Source: Lingula anatina (taxonomy: Eukaryota; Animalia; Brachiopoda). From it: a DNA stretch of 64,000 bases. The translations under genes were made by a program, and so were the position numbers. Within the stretch, counting starts at the first letter, position 1. Each line of letters opens with the position of its first letter. The notes below the pieces were generated by a model. It was not told the origin of the DNA. It saw only the letters and a list, made by a program, of their open reading frames with translations, and did not search any database. Positions 12,830-25,302 of this stretch are shown one piece after another. The stretch covers positions 3,472,001-3,536,000 of the forward strand of contig CM120646.1 of NCBI GenBank assembly GCA_051362555.1, in the 5' to 3' direction.

Positions 12830-15129
12830 TCAGTCATCTGATTTGGCTGGGAACAGCTGTGGTGTCGAGTTCTCTGTATACAATATACAGGTCCAGAGGG
12901 CTGGGGCAACATCTCTAAGAAAAGATGACAGTGAACCCATCCAACCTCGCACAGAATTCTCGCTGCTTGCATCCTCCACAGCGTCTTGGCCCTGTCTCTC
13001 TTCGGCCGTGTCTTCGCCCATGGCCTCACAACCCCTGTCTTCACGGTTAAGGCCCTCAAAAACTCCCCACTGTGTTTGAGACACAGGTGAGACGGGGCTG
13101 TACCAGGCCGCAAGGTCTTTAGGAGCGTCCGCAAATCCGGAGTCACGGATGTGACTTGTGTCAACGAGCGCTAGTGGTGGTGGTGGTGGTGGTGGTGGTG
13201 TTGGTGTTGGTGGTGGTGGTGGTGGTAGTAGTAGTAGTGGAGAGTCCTGACTCGGGAGGCCATTGTCACCGAGAGAACTAGGACCCGGTTGAGGTTGTCC
13301 TTCCACAGTTTCGTCGCTGAAGTGTGGTCCATGTGGGCCTTCGTCTCCAGTCCGACATGTTCCATCCTGTGTCTCCATCCCCTTGTTTTGAAAGGAATAA
13401 TGAATTATTCAGTATATTTATGTATCACAATAGTATATTTTAGAGTGTAAATGCTGAAATGACGACATCCCTATTCAAGTGCATTTGGGGCTCCTATCAG
13501 GACAAGAGCAAAACAAATACGAAAAACAAATCAATGTGAGAACATGCAATTTAACCAAAACGTTTAAAAATCCCAGCCCATAGTCGTGCAACTTTCGATT
13601 GCGGTATATATATTGTCATTGCAGATATTCGAAGTAGAATATCTCGTAATTAAACCTGAATTAACTATTGTTCATAAAGCTACATCTATATACCTCTTGT
13701 CGGCATTCCACGCGGCCAGTCTGTCTCTGGAGAACAGGGAGAGGTTGGTGACCCCTGAAAAAATATAGAAAATGAAAATAATTTAAACTTAAAATAATCT
13801 TAAGTAACAACGATTTTATCAATTCCTTCCCAGTTATCTCTCTCTCTTTCTCTCTCTCTTATTTAATAAATGGGAGGGGGTCGAAATAGCTAATGTTTGG
13901 TAATTCTCATTAGTTTTTGAGTAAAATAAAATGTCACTTCACTATGCAAACTATTTTCAGAGAAAAAGCCAACTTAAATTAAAAATTTGACAAAACGAAG
14001 CAGGAGGACGAGGGGCTCTCTGTAGCCCTCTGCTTGTGATTATCAGATTATTCTACATATAATCAAGATGCAATTTACACTTGATTCAGCTCTATATCAA
14101 GGTAATTACCCTGTCCATCGGAGAGGAGTACAGCGCGTAATGGTAAAGACTTACGTGACATCATCTCGTGAACATATGACTTCATATGGCGGAGCTGACT
14201 CTTCCTGTGGTTGACTTATTTTTCCATGGTTTTCATCGACGTGTCCCTCGTTATTCCTGTCATCTGTAAATACATTAAAAGTAAGTGATAGGCCAAATTC
14301 AGTTAATATTTTGAATTTTATTACAAAAAGAAAAAAAAAAGAAAAAAAGATAGAGAGAGAGACAGGAAAGTTCCTCGTTTCCAACTAGGTCTATGTACAA
14401 GCAATAAGGTGAGCGTAGGGTGACCTCTGACCAGAGAGTGTGTGGCAGAAAGATCCCCTTGTGTCTCAGACCTATTTAAAACTCTAAGTCAAGAACAAAT
14501 GTAAATATGGCGCTTGATTACACCCTATCCCCTTCTGCTGAGTAACCCTTTTTTAATCCCAGGTTTTACGTGATGACAGCTACATGTACTGTATGTGCAT
14601 AAGGATAAAAAGAAGTTTTGTTTTATAGTATTATTTTTTATTAAAGGGATACCAGCTCTTCATATGAAATTCAAAATTCCACAATGAATACATTGTAAGC
14701 AACACAGAAACATTATAAATTTCACTTTACAACCAAAACGGTGGCTATCGCAATTATTCTGAAATCTGATTGCCATCAGACATCGTGGACCTTCCTAGAT
14801 GGCTACCCTACACACTTAAAAAAGCATGCAATCGACTAACTTTGAATGTCGGAACAGATTCATTATCCATTTAGTAAAGATGAGAACACCGTCGGTCACT
14901 TTTCCAGAAAAAATTAAACGTTGGTTTGTAAAAACTATGGACCCATGGTCATTTACATTTTTTAATTGATCACTTTTACGTTGCAGGGTATTCTTATATA
15001 GCTACTAGAAGGCTATATTTATAACAGAAAAATAATATTATATTAAAAAGTCCCGTTGGTTTCTTTGTCAGCGTACTGTAACACAACTCGACTCAGTCCA
15101 TGACTCATTTGAAATCCCCTGATTTGACA

Positions 15130-15167
<38 letters not shown>

Positions 15168-15898
15168 GGGCCCTCGCTCGGACGAATTCTATACAAAAGG
15201 GTTTACAAACAACTTTGCGATCACGGTTATTAGCAGTGATCTGAGTTTTCTGTATTTATATATTTATCCAGTGATCTATTTATTCATTCATCAAGTTGTT
15301 TTTCTTTATATTCTCATCTATCAATGTAATTTATAATACATATATATAGAGAGAACAGTCAAATTCTTTATTTCTGCTACCGACCTTGTACCGGCTGTGA
15401 AACACCAGCAGTCAGCGCTCTCCGCAGCTTATCCAGCGCTTCTGGGTCATCTTCTGGTAGGACTGCGTCAGCCCCAAAGTAAAGACATCTTATAACTCTA
15501 TATTTCTTCAACTTGTCTCTAATATCTTGTACGGTTACGCCAAGGGCACATACGGGTATAAACTGGACACTTCCCAACCGATCTAGAAAGGCACTTTCAG
15601 CAATATATTTGCTCCAGCAGTCTTGGATGAAAGCCGGGCACATGACTGGTACAATAAACTTTGACTTTTCTAAACCATCAAAAAGTGCGTCAAAAACACT
15701 CTGTCCAGGGTTCACGTCTCTGCAGTCAAAATATACATTCAGGTTACATTTTGTTTCCAAATATTCTACGAGCGCACACGCAAAGTCTTCACTTCTCCCT
15801 ATAGCTTCCTCGTCTGCGTCTCCTGTCGCCAGTGCACGATCATAGCCCAACAAGTAAACGTCATACCTGTAAGGCTCTACTCTGAAACTGGCCGACAT
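12830..15898 (-). CDS. TIR-domain adaptor-like protein, copy C (4 exons: 15898-15385, 14263-14155, 13754-13694, 13381-12830; ~411 aa)
   Basis: TIR exon (YDVYL, RDVNPG, CPAFIQDCWSKY); junction phases 1/2/0 give an open frame of 514+109+61+552=1236 nt; the paralog has an identical structure. Confidence 0.78.
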
Positions 15899-16373
15899 AT
15901 CTCAGATAGGCCTACTGGTTTGGGAGTTCAATCTTCTTGTGTAAGGTGTCCTACCACCGCATGTAGGCCTATAAATATTTTGGCTCCTATTGTCAAGCGA
16001 ATCTAACAAGGAAGTGCCGTCGCTTTCGAATACAGTTAGGGTTGTAGGGCCTACTAGTGAACAACGCTACAGGGGATATGGTCTCTACATCTTGTTGTGT
16101 TTCCAACCAACACCGCCATTTTGTCGTATATATGCACACGAGCAATATGCTTATATGACCTTATAATCAATCGATTGCCTTTGTCAGTCTTTAAAAATAT
16201 AATGCACAGAAAGCCCATATGTAAACGGGTACTTGCGGGTCAGTACGGTCTTTTGCGACATTCAAAAATTTTAGTCCATTCAAGTTTTAATGCATACAAA
16301 TAAGTTAGAAAAATCTCCTTTAACTGAGAAACAGATGCCAACAGTTTAAAACAAGTGCGGCACTTGCGCTAAG

Positions 16374-18256
16374 CAAGGAGTTATAACAGAAGGAGATTAC
16401 ACGCAAGCCTCTCTATTGTCCGATGTCTGTTACGGTGGGCGGAGCTAGCTACGGGGGGCCTCCTGTCTGCGTCGCTCTCCTCCGCTCGGAGATTGATTTT
16501 ATATGCGTTATTTCGCGTTAGAATTCGAAATCAGTAGTGTCAAAGCGGCGCTGTATGCTGACGATTTTTTTCACAGGTAGTTATTTGGACGATGTGCTGG
16601 GAGGGAACGATATCATAGAAAGCGATTATAAGGTGGTGACTGAGGATGGTCGCCATGAGTTTTTTGAGTCGGTGATAGATGGCTTTTCTTTTGCACAACA
16701 CAGTGAAAGGATAAGTCAAAAGAAAACGTCCCAACTGTGGTTTGTGAAAATGACATTCAAGTGAACGTCTGTCCTCACTGCCAAAGGGCATAATATTAAT
16801 ACATAAACGTTTGGACCCCCTTGGCCTTGGGTCCCATAAACATATACATTGAGACAGTGCCTTAGCTTTGTGACTGGTTTTTAATTTCTTTAAGTATTTT
16901 TTCTCTCACTCGGTAGGCCTATAATTTTAATATCATAATGCATTAAAGTGAAATTTTAATCAAAGGTTGAGGCAATGCCACGAGATGTCAGTTTACTAAA
17001 TACTCGTTATAAAATTCTTTATCCATTTTTTTCAGGATTATTTTGACATATACTAACACTTCATATTTGTCGGTAAACAAGTGCACAGTGCTAAACATTA
17101 AGAATAATTTTTATTCATTTATAAATATATTTAGGTAAAAAATATATCAGAAATTTTAGTATGAACTGAGTTCTTTAAAGTGAAACTAATAAAGATGAGA
17201 ATTTTGAGTTTCAAACTATTATTTACTATATTAACTTAAAATATCTTTTAAGTCAACTCTATACTCAAGCATCATGATAGTAGCATCTGTGAGTAAAACC
17301 ATTTTATTATATCAATAGAAGAACAAAAACAAAATTTTACACATAGGCAGTAATTAATGAAGTCATAAGAATGATTAAGTTGCTATAGTTTTCCAGTTTT
17401 ATGCAGTCTATGTTGGCATTTTTTTCAACCGTGCAAATAGAAATAATTATATTCTTTTTTATCTGACTTGCTGATACCAGTCTGTGCCAGATACTATTCC
17501 ACTCGAAGGCCAGCAAGGTCTGAGAATCTAATGGGCTGAATGAAAAAAAAACCTAGAAGATAAAGTGGCTAATTCTTACAAATAGGATAAAAAAACATGG
17601 GATTTTCAAAAGGTTATCATAAATCAAGACAACACTAAGTAAGAACATTTATCAAATGAACTGGAGTACATGTTACAGCTGAAAAAATTAACTGGGCCAG
17701 TAAGTGACTGCTTTAAAGAAATTTCACTGAAACAGTCCAAATTTTACTTGCAATCAAGTAGACTGTTATACCATGGCACTCAACAAATTATATATAGGTT
17801 TTGAATTTTTTTCCACGTGACAGTAACATAAAATTTATGTCAACTTTTGAAATGTATAGAGTCAGTTAGGTGACTGAAAGTATTTTAAAATGTCATAAGG
17901 AGCACTATAAATAAAATGCAATCTCTGTTGGCCAGTCTTATCCAGTTTCTTCTCCAAAAGGACAACTCAAGTGAGAATTTCTTCAGGACCTTTTCTTCTG
18001 CCTGCCAATGCCATGCCACTCAGAAAAGAGAGAAACCTGTAGGTTAGAAAAAAAAAAACATAATAATAGCATTATGAACTACTAGTATCCATGTAGACAT
18101 TATGGAATTACGCAGTGAAGTTTAATGTGTCTTGTTATGACTTGACTGAAATAATGTTCACCACATAAATGAACAACTTACAACTAAATTTTTATAGAAT
18201 ATCAAGATTCATGATCACAAGCTAATAACCCCAAGAAATTAAATTATAACTCCTTG
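16374..18256. mobile_element. Non-autonomous P-element-like DNA transposon upstream of TIR copy C
   Basis: 13-bp TIR CAAGGAGTTATAA; 7-bp TSD CGCTAAG at 16367-16373 and 18257-18263; empty site in the copy B upstream region at ~10433-10460. CA-initial termini and a 7-8 bp TSD fit the P superfamily. Confidence 0.8.
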
Positions 18257-20254
18257 CGCTAAGGGGATAAAAATTAGCCCTTTCAATGTCCGCCAGAACT
18301 AGCTGCCAGAACTCCTAACACAGTCTGCGTGCCGTTCAGATTCATGGTGAACTTAGTAAATGGAGGCCTATTTGACACCTGTCTGTCTCGCCTTTTTTTC
18401 CTTTTTGACACATGCATTGCATTTTTAAACACGAACACTTCTTATGTTTGAGAATTCTGAAATAAATGTAACGTCGGTAAGCTGACTTTAAAAATACTAA
18501 AGACTTAACCAAACAGACTAAGCGTGCTCGGTAGGCCTATCTGATTTGTTTTGTTAAATGAGCTTTGAAATTTTCATCATATTAGTAACAATGTCACGTC
18601 ACTCATATATGCTGAGGTACTTCCTTCACCTTGAAACATAAAAACACACCCATGCACGCACACATGTACGAGCACACACACACACACACACCGCATATCA
18701 AGCGATAAAATGCAAAACCAATACATTTACCGTCCTGCGTCCTATATAGTAAACTGTCCTTATTAACAATGTACTAGGTTTACATAACATCTACCAGGGT
18801 GAGTGAGGTGATTTCTTTCAGTTTTAATTGTCACCTTTGCCAAAGATTGTAAAGATTTCCTTTGCCAAAGATTGTGAATTCTTCAAGACTATCTACATCC
18901 ACAGTAAGTGTCGACTATAACTATTGCTGTATTTTTCTCCACTTCTACGACGAGGCCATATAAAATGTTTCACTAACTTTGGTAGGCCTATTATATTTTG
19001 AGGCCATTTAGAATCACACACAACTTTGCTGGGTACCGTATCAGCAGTGATTTTGGTCGGTGATTACACATTCATTACCCCAAATCAAAACAATTATATA
19101 TATACTGGTAGATGTTACTGGGAATTTGTCCATAAGAAACTACGTTAACTTGATTTCAATATGATATGTGCTATGGTGCTAAACACCCAGTATGCATTAA
19201 ACAGAATATCCTCACATAACAATAACACTGACATTTTGGTTGAAATAAAAACTTTTAAGTAGGCCCTACAGGTGATGCATTTCTCGGTCTCATACAATAC
19301 GGTACGTTTTATTCACCTTTGCAAATTTTCTACCTTTCACTAAGACTGACAGACTGTCCTAACCTGTAGCTATTTCTTGAAAACCAGGTAGTTGGTGCTT
19401 GATACTACCAACTCCAATCTGGCGCAGGTCCAGTACTGGTTCTGAGTAATCTCTGAACTGCATCAGGAATTCACAGAATACACCGAGTTTCACTGATTTC
19501 CAGCCAAAGACTATTAATTCTCTTCGCAGGAAGTGCCCTGGGTGTCACGGTCCAGTTATAGACATTATTTTATTTGTGTTCTGCGCTCAATCCCAGCGTA
19601 TTTCTGTATTTATAAAAGTAATCACAAGACCATTTTAAAATTACCTTTTAAAGACATAGAGACATACAAGGATAAGCAAACATTACGCTGCAGAAGACAA
19701 TATTTGTTGAGGTCACGTGATTGCCCAGATTTGGGTTTACCTGTTTATGTTTACCTGGCTCGTGTTAGTACGTTTTTTTTTAAATTTGACCCCCTTATTA
19801 AGTCTTTCATATCACGTAGGCCCTACTATTTGGCAAAAAACACTATCAATGCATTAATCTGGTTTATGTACACGGTATAAAACCTATCACAGACAGTTGC
19901 TTTACAAGTGCTGGGAGTTGGGGGGGGGGGGGAAGAGAAGAGATGGGGGGGGGGGGGTGCATCAGGATTTAAAAAAAGTTGCAGGTGCTCTCTCTCCCCC
20001 CCCCCCCACCACCCCCATGGACCCGCCATTGCCTGAAGCACTAGTAGAACGTGTTTGATTACTGACTAATTTAGAAATTAGATCATTCTTTTAATTACTT
20101 TATTTTCCAACTGTCAAAATGCTCACCAGACAGAACTGTTTTGTCACTCTAGGTCTGTCAAACTAAAGATTTTCTTCTTCCTTCACTTTGTGCAACACTA
20201 TGATACTTTTCAAATCTTTTCTTACACCCTTCTCTGTAACTCTATTTCAGTCCG

Positions 20255-20314
<60 letters not shown>

Positions 20315-23300
20315 ACACGCAATCAAGCGCACGCATGCATAATAGAGCTATACGTACGCTGTCAGTGATAAGGTATGCACATTTAAGAAAGCATTCTGGA
20401 ATTTATTATCCGTGAAATGTGTCTTCCAAGTTTTACTTTCTGTGTTCTTTGATATTTGATTTCAATTTATGATCATGTGCCTCGTATCGCCCCCCCCCCC
20501 CCCACCCCTCAGTATTGCGCGACAACAGTTTGACTGTTCAGCACTGCATGATAAATTTGTGAAACGATCTTAGCAGAAGTTTCCACACTTTTCAACAGAT
20601 TTTTTATCACGAGTATTTCACATGCCTTCTATTTAACGACATAGAGATACATGTACGTACGTCTACCACTACTGACGTCGTGATGATCACGCTTTGACAA
20701 TCGCCAAGCAGCCTCGTACACATACCACAAAACATTTTATTCGTGGCTGAATTTATACTAATATAACCGAGGCTGTCTCAACATTCTTTAACGGTTCGTG
20801 TGTATGTGGTTACTGCCAAAGCGTCTACAGTCCGTTTCCTGGTCGCTCAACAGACCCCTAAAAAACTGTTTACTTGTCTTGATTTGGTTATCTCATAGGT
20901 TAACGATTCTAGAATTACTCAGTCCCAGACATCAAAACGACAGGTGCTTCTTTGTTTTTTAATAGAAATATCACTGTAGCTCTGTGCATTGAACTTCGCT
21001 GTTGTGAGTCAACGAGGGCATGCATATTGCAGATATGGTAGTCACTGTACAGGTACATATATACTTCGATTAAAGAGGTGTGATTCACACTGTAAAATGT
21101 GCGTTGAATTCCCTTCTTTTTTATACTGCGTTTGTTTAAATGTCCAGTGGTAAAATAAAATGCTTGGCGCAGCTGTTGAAGGCATACATGTACAATACAT
21201 GCGAGCAGGTTAACGCCCGGGCTCCTCAACTCGCTGGCTGAAGGAAAGTAAAAAAATAATGGAAAAATACAACACCAACGCTACAGAAAACAAGAAAGAT
21301 CCAGCATTTTGTTTTGGAATTTTCGGGGAAGTGAGTGGGGTTGGGGGTGGGGGTGGGGGAAGGGTCAAACTGTCCCCTGACCCTCCTTTTTCCCAGCCTC
21401 CCCCCCCCCTTCCTTGCAGCCTAGTCAGACGACTTGCTTGTTTGCATACTCTGAACTGCATTGAGTATTTATACAAATGGAAGAAATGCACTGATTTGCC
21501 CTGTGATGCTTGTTGTCAGAATTTGATTTGTTTTTCACAAACCTCTCGCATTCAAGGACTTTTGCTTTGAGCTGATCCTTTCGCAGAGTTCAGAAACTAG
21601 AATGTTGTAAAAAATCATGAAATGTTTTACTGATCACTGATTAACAGATTCGAGTAGCATTAGTGTCTATCGGTATTTTAGCTAAAAATCTGTAAACTTG
21701 AAAGAGTATTTTTTATTTTTTTTTAATCAATGACTGGTGCAAAATAAGGTACAACTCTTTATCATAACTCGTATCAAAATAATATTACATTATAAACACA
21801 GAGTTATCTTTTTTACAATTTAAAATAAACTCAGTCATTAGGAGAACTGAGACAGAAATCAAACAGGAGGCAGCTAGATTTTTTTGCTGTCACAGCAGGT
21901 TCGATGCTGAACTTAGCAGAAAGCGAGCACAACATGCTGCTGGTTCCGCTCTCTGTAAACACCAAACAAAAACACACCAAGGCCAGCGAGAGAGAAAAGT
22001 GGGTGACCTCATTTTGGGGATGCTGTCAAAGGTGAAATACCTTTACTGTGACCTGAGAAGTACTATTATTGATACCTGCTCTGATGTGGTCAATATCAGG
22101 AATTGCAGACAGGTTAAGTTTCACAGTGCTTCTTTGTTCAGAGGAAAGCAATTTTTAATCCGTTCGATGATAATTGTATTAATTATATTGATTTCACACA
22201 GTTCATTATAATGGATATCATATATATGTGCACATGCAGATTAAAAATATACCGAATATACTAGCATGTTATATTTCAACGATGGAATATAATTATATAC
22301 ATAGTGAGATTATACAGAGCATACTACTTATTATTAAAGATAAAAAAAGCATGTGTGCAGATGTATGAAGTGCAAATTAATGCATAGATGATAATGGCAA
22401 CCTGTACAAACCACTTAACATTCGGAACATTTATTTTGCTAGTGCAGTGTAGCAATAGGTGCACGGTTCTTTACTGCGAATGCTACCCAGAAATACCCGG
22501 AAAACTGAGTCTGCATAGACCGTGTACACCGAGTACGGGATGACCGGGTGCGTATCCTCATTACTGCTCGTCTCAGTGATGTATATTTTCTCCTTATTTA
22601 TATGTTTCGGTGATGTTTAAAGGTTTTTTGTGATTTAATGAAACGTTTTTGAATAAATTATCAGGCAGGCTGATGTTTTGAGAGCTTGTTGCGAGGTGAA
22701 GAGCTCATCTTATTCATTGCCAACGCATTATGGGTGTCTCAATACGACCCCCCTCACCCCCCCTCCCTGCGACAGGCTGTGCAAAATCTTACAACACCCT
22801 TCCCAAAATATCATCACGCCCTCCTTTCAGTCCTTAAACCAGTTTGGACTATCACATTGATAGGTTTGTCTTTCATCTCGGGAGGAAAAAACTCGTTTCA
22901 AGTATTAAAAATGAAGCCACCTAGAAAGACCCGTCTGGAAACGAAATTAAGGCAAGGTTATTCGTCGACTCGACAAAATCAGGAACACGGTCACGAACAA
23001 CCGTCAGTATCTGCGGGAAGCCTTGTGACAATCAGACGCCTGAAACGTGATGTCTTTAACTGTGATGTTTTTTAATTTTTTTATTTAAGTCCTATTTAAG
23101 TGTTTGCCCGCGTTCATATATTGCATAAAACATTAATAAAGACACCAGGTCTTTTCTTTTTATGATATAGAAAGGGTACTTACTTGTGTTCAGCTTTGTC
23201 CATTTATTCAATCAATTTATAGATAAATAAATGAATTAATTAATTAATTAATACAAAGTACACACGCCCCATTTCTACTACAGACAGGTGTGTTCTTAAC

Positions 23301-25302
23301 TTCGATCTTCATTACAGACCTACGAATGTAATGAGATGTCGTTTCAATAGAAAGACCCCGTCATAAGATGCACAATTTTTTTTCAGTGTAATAAATTTAA
23401 TTATGAAGTGCAGGGATAAGCTGGGATTTGATTTTTAAAAAGATTGACGTCTCCGCTGGGATAACCAAGGCAGCATAACCCGATTTCCCATTGTTAGATC
23501 ACATTCACGCAGTGCGACACCGAAATATGACCGACAACATAATTCAGTAGATTATTTACTTATAAAGGGTCCATAATCCAGACTAACTCATCCACGTAAG
23601 GCTTCAGTGACAAGGACGTTATTAACGATTATTCAAGTTACCAGCAATTTGTTGTGTTTTTGTGCATCTTTACTCAGGCGTGATATGATATGTCCATCTA
23701 CATACCAATCTGACACAACACATTCGTCATCGAACAAAACTGACCCATTTAATGTCAGAATCAACAAACGCTATGACGTCAGAGTTCTGGACAACAAGTA
23801 TCATTTCCAGACCGTGGTGAGAAATAAGCTCAGAAACACGGCGGTTTAACCCTTGACCAATCAAGACCCCGTGTGAACCACAGAGGTCCAAAATAATTGG
23901 GGGAGAAAGCAGGAAAATTAATGTAAATAAACACACGTTTTAAGTTTAAAGATAAGTTTTTAAAAGTAGGCTGCGTTTTTTAACTGTGGGTGAAGTTTGG
24001 AATAAGGCATTTTATGCTTTTTTTTTCAGGTAGAATTCTGTCACTTTTCACGTGTAGCTGAAATAATCTTGTGAGTTGTGAGCGTGCTTTCTATTGTAAT
24101 TCGGAAACACACAAGCTCTTTCTACCTCTGATAGCATAAAAATAAGTGAAATGCACCAATAACTGTGCTTTAGAAAGCCAATTTAAGATGAAAATTGAAA
24201 ATAGGGATATCGTATGAAAAACTGAATGTCATCTAAAATTGAAAACTTATGCATTTTGTCATAATTTCATCTTTTTTATTTTTGATCTGCACTGCAGAGC
24301 AATGCCATTGTTTTGTTTTTGCCACCTCTTAAAAACGATTTTCATCAAAGTATTCGGTACTGGAAAGAACACTGCAATTTTTTGTTCATCTCTTAAATCT
24401 TAGTAAGTTCTACCCCAGAATTTGTTTCTAGAAAAATATTTAATAGAAAATTAGTTCTCATTCCTCTGAGCATTTCTTTCCGGAATTTTCTGGTTTAGTT
24501 GAGTCGGATTATTCCAGTTTCTTTCCTGGTAATGCTATAATTAAACTTATAATCTATGGGTCCAGTCAAAAGGCGAGAGGTTAGGACCTAACCTCCTAAA
24601 AATGCACCGAATCATAACCCCAGCATACTATACATATATGTCGTGTCAAATCCAATGAACAAAATTTACCATGATATATTTGCACATGGTTATGCAGCAT
24701 ATTAAAATATTCAATATTTTCTGATATAAATATTCAATGTCTTTTGATATGAAATACTGCTTCTGTTAGAAAAAAAGAAAGAACTTTCCAGTAAGATTCG
24801 TTTGCATGACAATAACCAAAAGTCTTCCCCGCGGTTCCCCCTATTCCTAGGCAAGCGCGTTCGGCTTTGGCAAGGTCACCTTCAGCACGCGCAAAGTTAG
24901 CACAGAGCAGTCAGCTGGCTCATCCGTGACCCCGTATCTGTATTTACCAGCTGGAAAAGTCGGTTAATTGACAGAGGGTAAGCATGACACTTTTCCGAGA
25001 CCACGGCTTTTCTGACATCTTATCAACAATGTGTTTACAACGTGCGGCAGGTATAAAAGCAAGGTGGTCCAAGGCTGGACTCCAGAAGACACAAAGCGAT
25101 CTAGAACAAGCACTAAGAAGCAACAAGAGAACTCAGGAGAGTTATTACTATACTTTGCAGAAAAGGAGAACTTTGATTACAGTTACAAGCACTAAGAGAT
25201 ACTTCGAGCTTCAATTTGTTTGTAAACACAAGGAAAAGGATTTCCGTGATTATTCAGAGAGTGGAAGCAGTTTTACAGATTGTGCATCCCGTTGCAGATA
25301 AA

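Noticed and set aside
4101-15845. Plus-strand ORFs antisense to the TIR exons (4101-4319, 9662-9949, 15513-15845)
   Set aside because: Shadow ORFs of paralogous coding sequence with variable ends and no domain signal.
3968-15898. Interpretation as a prokaryotic TIR defence system (Thoeris/CBASS) or horizontal transfer
   Set aside because: Spliceosomal introns, animal neighbour genes, an animal-type RDxxPG BB-loop and no canonical catalytic Glu.
16537-16764. Possible THAP/transposase remnant inside the P-like element
   Set aside because: No convincing C2CH or AVP motif can be read.
19364-19540. Exon-like open stretch on the minus strand ending in a possible donor (ACAG|GTTAGG)
   Set aside because: No recognisable homology, start codon or partner exons.
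20000-24900. Short ORFs in the intergenic region before HDHD5
   Set aside because: Driven by homopolymers and microsatellites; no coherent exon chain.
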